A stretch of 57,915 nt of DNA, taken from an uncultured Caldilineaceae bacterium. Lineage in GTDB: Bacteria > Chloroflexota > Anaerolineae > Caldilineales > Caldilineaceae. Made by a program: the position numbers and the translations under genes. Below, piece by piece: positions 9,383 through 18,527 of the stretch. Within the stretch, counting starts at the first letter, position 1. The number at the start of each line of letters is the position of its first letter. Location: the NCBI GenBank assembly GCA_964568485.1, contig CAZMRA010000001.1:4701-62615 (forward strand). Direction: 5' to 3'. The notes under the pieces were generated by a model. That model made no database searches. It was given only the letters and a program-made list of their open reading frames with translations, and was not told where the DNA came from.

Positions 9383-10446
9383 ACGGACAGTTCGTGGCTG
9401 AAGAAAAGTATCGCCCCGATGTTGCCCCGTTCCTCAGTTTGATGCGGGCATTGATTCCCGCCCTTATTGGGATTGGGCTGGCACTCGCCGTCGGGGCGAT
9501 CTTGATTGTCCTAGCTGGCGAAAATCCACTGACCGCCTACCGGGTGATGTTCGAGGGGGCAGTTGGCGGTCGTCGCCAGATCACCGAGACAGTGCTCAAG
9601 GCTTGCCCGCTGTTGATCATTGCGCTGGGTTTGGCGGTGGCCTTTCAGAGCCGAGTTTGGAATATCGGGGCGGAAGGACAATTTTTTATCGGCGCGCTCG
9701 GCGGCAGTTTGGTCGCCTTGCTACTGCCCGATCTGCCCCAAGGAGTGATGGTGCCCTTGGCCTTGCTGGCTGGGGTGATCGGCGGTGCTTTGTGGGCGCT
9801 CGTGCCTGGCCTCTTGCGCACCCGACGCGGCATCAGCGAGATCATTTCGACGTTGATGCTGAATTATATCGCCATCCTCTTTGTGCAATATTTGGCGCGT
9901 GGACCCCTGCAAGATCCGAAAGGGTTTCTGCCGGAATCGGCCCGCTTTGTGCCAGCTGCCCAATTGCCGATCTGGATTGCGCCGCGCATTCACATTGGGG
10001 TGCTGTTGGCCTTGCTGCTGGTGCCCGTAATCTATGTGTTGATCTGGCGGACGCCGCTCGGGTTTCAGTTGCGGGCAATTGGCTCCAAACCGACGGTCGC
10101 GCAATTCGTTGGGATAGATGTCGCCCGTGGCGTGATCTTGGCTTTGATGATCAGCGGGGCCTTTGCTGGGCTGGCGGGTGTGGTCGAAGTGATGACTTTG
10201 CACATGCGACTCAAGGCTGGGATCGGGGCTGGCTATGGCTTTACGGCCATTCTCGTGGCGCTGCTCGGGCGTATGAATCCCTTTGGCATTGTGTTGGCTG
10301 CACTCTTCTTTGCCGGTTTGACCATCGGCGCTGAGTCGCTGCATGTGGCGCTGCAACTGCCTGCCGCACTGGCGCAAGCCATTCAGGCGCTGATCGTCCT
10401 CTTTGTGTTGGGCACCGATGCCTTCTTCCGCTTGCGGCGCGCATAA
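9379..10446 (+). CDS. ABC transporter permease (BMP/ribose-type)
   Basis: Multi-TM protein. ATGA overlap with the upstream ATPase stop indicates translational coupling. Confidence 0.9.
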   Translation: MNGQFVAEEKYRPDVAPFLSLMRALIPALIGIGLALAVGAILIVLAGENPLTAYRVMFEGAVGGRRQITETVLKACPLLIIALGLAVAFQSRVWNIGAEGQFFIGALGGSLVALLLPDLPQGVMVPLALLAGVIGGALWALVPGLLRTRRGISEIISTLMLNYIAILFVQYLARGPLQDPKGFLPESARFVPAAQLPIWIAPRIHIGVLLALLLVPVIYVLIWRTPLGFQLRAIGSKPTVAQFVGIDVARGVILALMISGAFAGLAGVVEVMTLHMRLKAGIGAGYGFTAILVALLGRMNPFGIVLAALFFAGLTIGAESLHVALQLPAALAQAIQALIVLFVLGTDAFFRLRRA

Positions 10447-10457
10447 AGGAATTCACC

Positions 10458-11432
10458 TTGGATCTTTCAAGTATTCTGACTGCGAGTTTTTTGGTGGCGC
10501 TGATCACTGCGGGCATTCGTTTGGCCGTACCGATCCTGCTGGCTGTATTGGGCGAAATTGTCACCGAAAAGAGTGGTGTGCTCAATCTCGGTCTCGAAGG
10601 CATTATGTTGATGGGGGCGCTGGCCGGGTTTTTGAGTGCCTGGTGGTTGGAACAAGCCCAAGTCGCGCCGCTGTTCGCCGCCTGGGCCGGTTTGGGAGCC
10701 GGTGTGGTGGCTGGCGTAGGCATGGGATTGATCCTGGCGCTGTTGGCGATCAGCTTGCGTGCCGATCAGGTAATCGCCAGCGTGATGTTGGTCTTGTTGG
10801 GGCAGGGGCTCAGCAGTTATCTCTATCGGCAACAATTTAGCTCGCTGACGGCACGTATCGGTGGCTTGTCCACGTTCCCGATCCCCGGGTTGTCCGAGCT
10901 GCCGATTGTAGGGCCGATTCTGTTCAATCACAATCCGGCAGTTTATCTGACCATAGCCCTCGTGCCAGCAATCTGGTTTCTGCTGTATCACACCACTTTG
11001 GGGTTGAATATCCGCGCCGTGGGCGAAAATCCCGGGGCTGCCGAGGCTGCTGGCTTGAGCGTGGCGCGCATCCGTTATACCGCCACTTTGATCGGCGCTG
11101 GCTTGGCCGGGCTGGGTGGTGCGGTTCTGACAGTGGCTCAGTTGCAACTCTTCCGCGAAGAGATCACGGCTGGCCGCGGCTGGATCGCCGTGGCGTTGGT
11201 GATCTTCGCCCGCTGGCGACCGGGATTGGCCTTGGTGGGTGCGTTGCTCTTTGGCATTGCGGATGCCCTGCAACTGCGCATCCAAGCCCTGATTGGCAGC
11301 GATACTTCAGTCCCCTACGAATTGTTGTTGATGTTGCCCTACCTCTTGACCATCTTGGTGCTGCTGCGCGGCGTGCGCAACCAAGAGCGTCCGGCCAGCT
11401 TGGGCTTACCCTATCTGCGGGGTGAGCGGTAA
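10458..11432 (+). CDS. ABC transporter permease (second subunit)
   Basis: Multi-TM protein. TTG start lies 8 nt after AAGGA and 11 nt after the previous stop. Confidence 0.88.
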   Translation: MDLSSILTASFLVALITAGIRLAVPILLAVLGEIVTEKSGVLNLGLEGIMLMGALAGFLSAWWLEQAQVAPLFAAWAGLGAGVVAGVGMGLILALLAISLRADQVIASVMLVLLGQGLSSYLYRQQFSSLTARIGGLSTFPIPGLSELPIVGPILFNHNPAVYLTIALVPAIWFLLYHTTLGLNIRAVGENPGAAEAAGLSVARIRYTATLIGAGLAGLGGAVLTVAQLQLFREEITAGRGWIAVALVIFARWRPGLALVGALLFGIADALQLRIQALIGSDTSVPYELLLMLPYLLTILVLLRGVRNQERPASLGLPYLRGER

Positions 11433-11489
11433 GTCCTTCTGCTATACCCGTATGCGGTAGCTCGGTCAGAGATTCATCCAGCAATCTAC

Positions 11490-11518
11490 TTGACCATTCT
11501 TCGATGCGGTCGTACACT
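11490..11518 (+). promoter_or_regulatory. Candidate sigma70-type promoter for the NUDIX/NTase genes
   Basis: TTGACC (11490-11495), 17-nt spacer, TACACT (11513-11518). Found by eye only. Confidence 0.3.
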
Positions 11519-11601
11519 TTCCCTTCCTGCCGATCCGGCGCTTCCCAAGAGCTGACAGACTAATATCGTCTGGTGACCCCCTATGAAGGGATAGACAAGT
11601 T

Positions 11602-12033
11602 ATGGCGATGGCAATTCGAGTCCGAGCTTGTTTGGCTGTCCTTCACCAAGGTCGCATCTTATTGGTTCCTCATTATCAAACAGATGTGGGGAGTGTCCAG
11701 TGGAATGTGCCTGGCGGCCGGGTAGAATTTGGCGAAAGAGTAGAAGCGGCTGCACTTCGTGAATTTGAAGAAGAGACAGGGCTACGGGCACAGATCACAG
11801 GGCTGTTGATGGTGAGTGAGGTGATTCAACCAGCTAAACCCTGGCATAGCATCACCATTACCTATACAGGGCGGCTTCTGGATGGCCAACTCACCGCTGA
11901 GATTCATCCTGTGTACGGGCATAAAGAGCCGCAATGGTTTACGGCAGCGATGCTTGAGCAAGTCGAGTATCATCCAAGACCTGTCATAGAGAAGTTGTTG
12001 CGCCAGGGGTTTGATGAGTCGCTGGACACATAG
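11602..12033 (+). CDS. NUDIX hydrolase
   Basis: Nudix box GGRVEFGERVEAAALREFEEETGL. Confidence 0.9.
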   Translation: MAMAIRVRACLAVLHQGRILLVPHYQTDVGSVQWNVPGGRVEFGERVEAAALREFEEETGLRAQITGLLMVSEVIQPAKPWHSITITYTGRLLDGQLTAEIHPVYGHKEPQWFTAAMLEQVEYHPRPVIEKLLRQGFDESLDT

Positions 12034-12069
12034 CGAGCATAGGACACAAGATCGCGATAGGTTTGAGAA

Positions 12070-12792
12070 ATGATCGACAGAGAGCAAGCCTGGGCGATTG
12101 CACGTGAATTCGCTCAGGAGGTCGGAGCACGCTGGAACACAGATGTCCTAGCTGTCTTACTAATCGGTTCGCTAGCAACGGGTGCCTATCGACCAGGACG
12201 AAGTGACATAGATACTGTTGTGATTCTGCGTACTGGTGCAACTGGCTCAATTGATGCTGAGCTGAATCAGCTGCGCGACCACTACCAAGCAACCTACGCA
12301 ATTCCTAAAGGGTTTGGCGCTGTGATCTTGCGCGAGCCAGAGATTCGGCCCCCCTATTTGGAGATTGACATAGTTCCTGAAATCTTGCGGGTCATAGAGC
12401 AGGGCCAGCTTCTCTGGGGAGATATTAATCGATCCGTGATTCCTCGTCCATCCAATGAAGTAATCTCAGCTTATATTCACAAGTTTACAGAGTGGCTGCG
12501 GACTTACTATATCGATCAGCGACCAGCGGATGCTCGCACGATCGATGCGACGGTGAATACGATCCTCTATGAGCTGCGTTGTTGGCTATGGCAGGAGACT
12601 CGGATTTACGTTCTGGACAAGGGCGAAGTTGTTCAACGCGCTCGTACGCTGAAAGGGGCTAGTCACTTCGCCGAAATTTGGGTGAAACTTGAGCGCTATC
12701 TCAACGCGGGTAATGGGTTTGCGGATATAGAAGCAGCAGAACAGACCCTGCAGGACCTATCAAGCTTTGTGCGCAAGCGGAGTAATATTTGA
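12070..12792 (+). CDS. Nucleotidyltransferase-domain protein (AadA/ANT-like architecture)
   Basis: Pol-beta NTase motif LLIGSLATGAYRPGRSDIDTVVIL, followed by a helical C-terminal domain. Confidence 0.72.
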   Translation: MIDREQAWAIAREFAQEVGARWNTDVLAVLLIGSLATGAYRPGRSDIDTVVILRTGATGSIDAELNQLRDHYQATYAIPKGFGAVILREPEIRPPYLEIDIVPEILRVIEQGQLLWGDINRSVIPRPSNEVISAYIHKFTEWLRTYYIDQRPADARTIDATVNTILYELRCWLWQETRIYVLDKGEVVQRARTLKGASHFAEIWVKLERYLNAGNGFADIEAAEQTLQDLSSFVRKRSNI

Positions 12793-12909
12793 CTAGCAAC
12801 AAAAGGCCAAAATTGCAAGGTTCTTGCAAGGTAAGACCGCCAAAACTTGTGCTATAGTATCCATGGGTGATGTAGTAGGTTCAATTGTTTCTCCTTGTGG
12901 GTTGTGTGT

Positions 12910-12945
12910 ACAAAGCGGCTCGTCATATTCGGCGAGCCGCTTTGT
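12910..12945. terminator. Hairpin between convergent genes (bidirectional terminator candidate)
   Basis: ACAAAGCGGCTCG / CGAGCCGCTTTGT forms a 13-bp perfect stem. The U-run is weak. Confidence 0.55.
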
Positions 12946-12968
12946 ATTGGGTGGCCGACGCATAATGG

Positions 12969-14624
12969 TCAGCTGCTTTCTAGTTGCCGTTTACGGGATA
13001 ATTTTCCCGCTTCCAAGTTCCAGGTTTCTCCGGCGAAGCGCTGGATAAAATGCCGATCGTGCGAGATGGCGACGACTGGACCAGGGAAGCATGCCAAGGC
13101 ATTTTCGAACTCTTCCAACACATCTAAGCTGATGTGATTGGTCGGCTCGTCGAGCAAGAGTAGATTGGCCCGCTGTGCGATCAGGCGAGCAATCTGTAAT
13201 TTGCGTTTCTGGCCGACGCTCAGTGCGCCGATCGGTTTTTGCAAGTCCGGCCAGGTGAAGAGACCATATTGCAGCAACTCTGCTTTGATCGTCTCGGTAT
13301 CCCCGATGCGCCCTGCTCGGTAGGCTTCGAACAGCGTTTGCCCCCCGGTAATCTCGGCCTGTTCCTGATCCAGGTAGCCGATCACCACGCTGGCAGCAAT
13401 GAAGATTTCTCCCTCATCCGGCTGCTCCACGCCGGCTAGTAATTTGAGCAAGGTACTTTTGCCCGCACCATTTGGCCCGGTAATCACGATGCGGCTCGTT
13501 GGTCCGATGTCACAACTGACACCGTCCAAGATGAGACGTGAGCCATAGCTTTTACGCAGATTGCTGGCGTTCAACGGTATTTTGCTGACCAGCGCTTGCG
13601 GATCAAACTCTGGGTTGATGGTCAATTCGCTGGGCGGCTTGGGTATGGGATTGGCTTCGAGGCGCCGCAGCCGTTCTTCGTTGTTGCGAATTGTTCGTGA
13701 GATCGCGCTTTGTAGCTTTTCGCCCTTGAAGGTATAGGCAAATTTATCATTGTCGCGTGGCGCACGCTCAAAGGCATTTTGCCGACTCTTGGTCTGGATC
13801 AGCTTACGGAGCGTCCAGATCTCTTCTTGTTGTGCCCAATATTGTTCGACCCACTTGGCCCGTTCCTGCGCTTTGACTTGAGCATAAAATTCATAATTGC
13901 CTGTGTAGATCTTGGCTTCTTTGCTGTGTTCTTCAATTTCAACAATGCTACTCACCACTTGGTTCAGAAAGTGGCGGTCGTGCGAAACTACCAGTACGCC
14001 CCCGCGGAAGCGCTGTAAGTACTCTTCCAGCCACGTCAACGAGGTGATGTCCAGATGATTGGTCGGCTCGTCGAGCAACAAGAGATCAGGATTGCGCAAG
14101 AGTAAGGCGGCCAACCCGACTCGGGTCTTTTCGCCTCCGGAAAGCGTCGCCATCGGGCGTGTGCGCGGTAGATGATCAACCCCCAGACCAGCCAAAACTT
14201 CGGCTAGGCGGTGTTCCAGATCATACCCAACGCGGCGGTCGAACTCTTCACTGGCGACACTGTAGGCCGCCAGCAGCGCATCCAGATCTTGATCTGGTTG
14301 CGCCATGGCTAATTCTAGCTTACGCAGGCGTGTTTCAAGTTGGCGTAGCTCGCCCAAAGCGTGATCGATAAAGTCGGCAATACTCTGGCCATTTGCGTTT
14401 GCTAATACTTGCGGTAGATAACCGACATCGGCACCACTAGCAATCTGCCAAGTGCCACTGTCTGCGGCTACCTCGCCGGTGATAATTTTAAGCAGCGTGG
14501 ATTTGCCAACGCCATTGGCGCCGACCAAGCCAACTTTTTGCCCGGCAGCCACAGTGAAGCTAACGCCATTAAGCACCTGATTATCGCCATAGGCTTTTGA
14601 AAGTTGTTCTATTTTTACTAACAT
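12969..14624 (-). CDS. ABC-F family ATPase (possible ARE-type ribosome-protection protein)
   Basis: Two ABC domains ([29 protein letters not shown]; [28 protein letters not shown]) joined by a long charged linker. No TM segment. Start moved to the ATG at 14624, downstream of GGAGG (about 14631-14635). Confidence 0.9.
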   Translation of the reverse strand: MLVKIEQLSKAYGDNQVLNGVSFTVAAGQKVGLVGANGVGKSTLLKIITGEVAADSGTWQIASGADVGYLPQVLANANGQSIADFIDHALGELRQLETRLRKLELAMAQPDQDLDALLAAYSVASEEFDRRVGYDLEHRLAEVLAGLGVDHLPRTRPMATLSGGEKTRVGLAALLLRNPDLLLLDEPTNHLDITSLTWLEEYLQRFRGGVLVVSHDRHFLNQVVSSIVEIEEHSKEAKIYTGNYEFYAQVKAQERAKWVEQYWAQQEEIWTLRKLIQTKSRQNAFERAPRDNDKFAYTFKGEKLQSAISRTIRNNEERLRRLEANPIPKPPSELTINPEFDPQALVSKIPLNASNLRKSYGSRLILDGVSCDIGPTSRIVITGPNGAGKSTLLKLLAGVEQPDEGEIFIAASVVIGYLDQEQAEITGGQTLFEAYRAGRIGDTETIKAELLQYGLFTWPDLQKPIGALSVGQKRKLQIARLIAQRANLLLLDEPTNHISLDVLEEFENALACFPGPVVAISHDRHFIQRFAGETWNLEAGKLSRKRQLESS

Positions 14625-14640
14625 ACCGACCTCCTGCCCG

Positions 14641-14773
14641 AAAAAAATAACAGCCAGCGGGGTTGTCGCCCGTGGCTGTTGGCAAATTGGCAGATTGATC
14701 GATCCCATCGAATCACCAATCAAAAACAGCCACGGGACCGAAGACGGCCGTGGCTGTGCTGTGACTGTATCAT
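14641..14773 (-). promoter_or_regulatory. Transcription-attenuator-like leader with two terminator hairpins, an alternative antiterminator and a uORF
   Basis: On the sense strand, seg1 is ACAGCCACGG (14757-14748). Seg2 is CCCGUGGCUGUU (14736-14725), followed by U5. Seg3 is AACAGCCACGGG (14680-14669). Seg4 is CCCCGCUGGCUGUU (14662-14649), followed by AU7. Seg2 and seg3 are perfectly complementary over 12 nt. Confidence 0.55.
14720..14773 (-). CDS. Putative 17-aa leader peptide (MIQSQHSHGRLRSRGCF) within the ABC-F leader
   Basis: ATG at 14773, TGA ending at 14720. Codons 5-17 span seg1 and seg2 of the attenuator. No convincing SD. Confidence 0.3.
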   Translation of the reverse strand: MIQSQHSHGRLRSRGCF

Positions 14774-14874
14774 TCGTAGGTAGCACTGTGCTTAGCGGTC
14801 GACTCGCCCCTTGGATTCTATCCAAATCAACACAGTGTTGCTTACCATTGGTAACAGATTTCCTTTAGAAAAGT

Positions 14875-14897
14875 TTGTACAAAACAAATCTTGTACA
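14875..14897. promoter_or_regulatory. Direct repeat of TTGTACA (operator-like) in the ABC-F / sqdB divergent region
   Basis: TTGTACA at 14875-14881 and at 14891-14897. Each copy contains the palindrome TGTACA. Confidence 0.3.
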
Positions 14898-15186
14898 CCC
14901 TACTACGGTTTGGTGTGTGCTGTCAAAAATCAGTGGGCTCGATTGATGCTTATTTTATGCCATTGAGGGGCTGGATCGCTGGTTTATTACTCTGCTAATT
15001 TGCAAAAGTGGCAGGATATAGTAATCTTGAGGTACTGAATCAAGAGCATCTCGGAACAACGATTGGCCGGTTGGATCGGGCTGCAAATGTTTGAATCAGC
15101 ACAAAGTATAGATGCATAGTCTATCCCGAATATGAGTGCGATGACCTGAATTTAGCTGCTATGCTGGGCGCAGAATTTCAGGATAG

Positions 15187-16398
<1,212 letters not shown>

Positions 16399-16415
16399 GC
16401 ACTTGTTTTCATAGC

Positions 16416-16446
16416 AAAGGCGACCAACACGGTCGCCTTTTTGTTT
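16416..16446. terminator. Bidirectional intrinsic terminator between sqdB and sqdX
   Basis: AAAGGCGACC-aacac-GGTCGCCTTT forms a 10-bp stem, followed by TTTTTGTTT. Confidence 0.8.
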
Positions 16447-16469
16447 ACGTTGTGTGCTGTAGACCACCG

Positions 16470-17627
16470 TTAGGTCATCGACGGCACGAGCGGGCCAATC
16501 CCCCCACTTTGGCGAAAACAGCGGATCGCCAGCCGGTAATAGTCAATGAGCTGATCCATCGTGGCTTGCCAAGGGCGGCTACGGGCATGCGCCAGGGCGT
16601 CGTCTGCCATCTTCGCCAGCAACTGGGGTTGGTCGCGCAGCCGTTGGACGAGTGCCGTTATCTGCTCGGGGCGCTCGGGATCAAAGAAAAAGCCATTGAC
16701 ACCGTCATTGATAATGTCGAGTACGCCACCAGTACGTGCGGCGATCACTGGCATTCGGCAAGCCATGGCCTCTAAGGCCACAAGGCCAAAGGTTTCTGTG
16801 GTGGAAGGGAAGAGAAAGAGATCGGCCGCACGATAGGCCGCTACCAGATCATCTCCCCGCATATAACCGGGGAAGGTGGTGGGGGTGTTACGGTAGTATT
16901 CCTTTAGCTTGTCGTGGCTCGGCCCATGACCAATCATTGCCAAGCGCACACCTGGCACGCGGAAGAGGGGATCGCGCAAGGTTTCGAGCCCTTTTTCTGG
17001 TGCTTGTCGACCAACATAGACCGCGAGCAGATCGTCGGGGTGGCCGTCGGTGAGGCGCTCGCGCAGCGCTTGATCCCGCGGGCCGGGCTTAAACCGCTCG
17101 ATATCAACCCCACGTTGCCACCAACGGACGCGGCGAAACCCGTGCGCCCGGAGATCCTTCAAGATGGCCGTGGAAGGGCAAAGATTGAGCGAAGCCTGGT
17201 TGTGTAGTGAGCGCATATAAAACCAGAGCAGCGGGCTCAAAAAGCCACCCCCGTAATGTTGGGCATAACGGGCCAAGTCGGTGTGGAATGAGGCCACAAC
17301 CGGCACCTTTAATTTTTTGGCATACGAGAGGCCGAAGGGTCCCAGAAAAAAGGGATTGACGACATGTACAAGATCCGGCTGAAAGGCTTGGACGCGCTCC
17401 CAGACCCAGCGCTTGGGAATATTGACGCGCAATTCCGGGTAGAGGGGCAACCTGGGCCCACCCACACCAACGATCTCTGCGCCAGCATAAGTCGCAGGGC
17501 CACCCGGCGGCCCAAATAAGATCACTTGATGGCCGTGCTCTTGGAGCCGTTCCAGGGCCTGGCACAAAATGCTAACAATGCCATCAATTTTGGGTAGAAA
17601 AGTTTCGGTGAAGATCGCAATCTTCAT
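16470..17627 (-). CDS. sqdX: Sulfoquinovosyl-diacylglycerol synthase (GT4 glycosyltransferase, SqdX type)
   Basis: MKIAIFTETFLPKIDGIV... and the later stretches YPEL, HVVNP, VASFHT, WQRGVD and ETFGLVALEAMA closely follow cyanobacterial SqdX as I recall it. The gene is convergent with sqdB. Confidence 0.87.
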   Translation of the reverse strand: MKIAIFTETFLPKIDGIVSILCQALERLQEHGHQVILFGPPGGPATYAGAEIVGVGGPRLPLYPELRVNIPKRWVWERVQAFQPDLVHVVNPFFLGPFGLSYAKKLKVPVVASFHTDLARYAQHYGGGFLSPLLWFYMRSLHNQASLNLCPSTAILKDLRAHGFRRVRWWQRGVDIERFKPGPRDQALRERLTDGHPDDLLAVYVGRQAPEKGLETLRDPLFRVPGVRLAMIGHGPSHDKLKEYYRNTPTTFPGYMRGDDLVAAYRAADLFLFPSTTETFGLVALEAMACRMPVIAARTGGVLDIINDGVNGFFFDPERPEQITALVQRLRDQPQLLAKMADDALAHARSRPWQATMDQLIDYYRLAIRCFRQSGGIGPLVPSMT

Positions 17628-17742
17628 GGTACATCTATCTCCTTCGGGCTCCCTACGTACTCGCGCTATTTTCTCGGGTAACCCGTTTTAAGTTAGCCGC
17701 TGCTTCGCCTGGGCTAACCGACGCGCGTTCATGAACGATACA

Positions 17743-18414
17743 TTAGGTTTGGGGTGGCAACACAAAGCCCTGGGCAATGCTCTGCAAAGAAGGGCCGCTA
17801 GCGGCTGGTGGCAGATTCGTGGCTGGGGGTGTAGTTGCTCCTGGCGGCTGGTTGAGCAGCGACACCAATTGCGAGGTTGTCCGCTCATCAACCTGATAGT
17901 CGCCTTGTAGCCAACTTAGCACCGAGCGCATGGCTTTCCGGTCATCCGCGTTTAGCTTCTTGTAGTCATCGTTTAGCTTGCGAATGAATGATGTGCGGGC
18001 TTGGGCGCTAAGTTGTTCCCCAATCAGCGGCACTTTGCTGGACAAGAAGGCTAGGACGATCGAGCGCAACGCTTCGCTACCTTCACTACCGATGATCAAC
18101 AAAACCCCACGCATCAGCTCGGTGGTTTCATAAGTCTCATCAGCGAATTTTTTGAGATCAGTCGTCAGCGAGACACTGCGACTGGAGCTTTTGGCCGTTG
18201 TGCTCTTTTTTTGCGTCGTTGTCTTTTTGTTGGTTGTCTTTTTATTCGTTGTCTTTTTTTCTGCAGCTGTCTTTTTTGCCGCAGTGCTTTTCTTCGCGGT
18301 GGTTTTCTTTGCCGTGCTCTTCTTGGCAGTCGTCTTTTTCGCGGTTGTCTTTTTGGTCGTTTTCTTATTACTGGTGCTCGTCGTCTTGCCGCGCGTTACT
18401 TCCTCTTCGGCCAT
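17743..18414 (-). CDS. Protein with a histone-H1-like Lys/Thr/Ala repeat N-terminus and an unknown C-terminal domain
   Basis: MAEEEVTRGKTTSTSNKKTTKKTTAKKTTAKKSTAKKTTAKKSTAAKKTAAEKKTTNKKTTNKKTTTQKK..., followed by about 140 aa of non-repetitive sequence. GAGGTGG SD. Confidence 0.8.
   Translation of the reverse strand: MAEEEVTRGKTTSTSNKKTTKKTTAKKTTAKKSTAKKTTAKKSTAAKKTAAEKKTTNKKTTNKKTTTQKKSTTAKSSSRSVSLTTDLKKFADETYETTELMRGVLLIIGSEGSEALRSIVLAFLSSKVPLIGEQLSAQARTSFIRKLNDDYKKLNADDRKAMRSVLSWLQGDYQVDERTTSQLVSLLNQPPGATTPPATNLPPAASGPSLQSIAQGFVLPPQT
18189..18390 (-). repeat. Imperfect tandem coding repeat (about 12-15 nt units encoding KKTT/AKKTT)
   Basis: The plus strand shows reiterated GTTGTCTTTTT-like units. 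These also create the spurious plus-strand ORFs at 18152-18468. Confidence 0.7.
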
Positions 18415-18527
18415 TGTCCCACCTCGCTTCTGCTCCCTGAAACAGGGTTGATGATCTTGTCGCTATAAAACCATAGATTGCATGAATTTGCACGATTGAA
18501 CTGGTACAACATGCAAATGCGCGTCGT

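Noticed and set aside
10467-11285. 272-aa minus-strand ORF
   Set aside because: It is antisense to the second ABC permease. Its composition is low-complexity Q/R/G/H-rich, with no SD.
14625-14825. 67-codon N-terminal extension of the ABC-F ORF in the track
   Set aside because: It starts at a TTG with no SD and would read through two terminator hairpins. A GGAGG-ATG at 14624 begins exactly at the conserved ABC-F N-terminus (MLVKIEQLSKAYG).
18152-18468. Three overlapping plus-strand ORFs rich in F/L/V/C, considered also as a possible CRISPR-like repeat array
   Set aside because: They are the antisense reading of the KKTT coding repeat. The units are 12-15 nt, contiguous and imperfect, with no spacers, so this is not a CRISPR.
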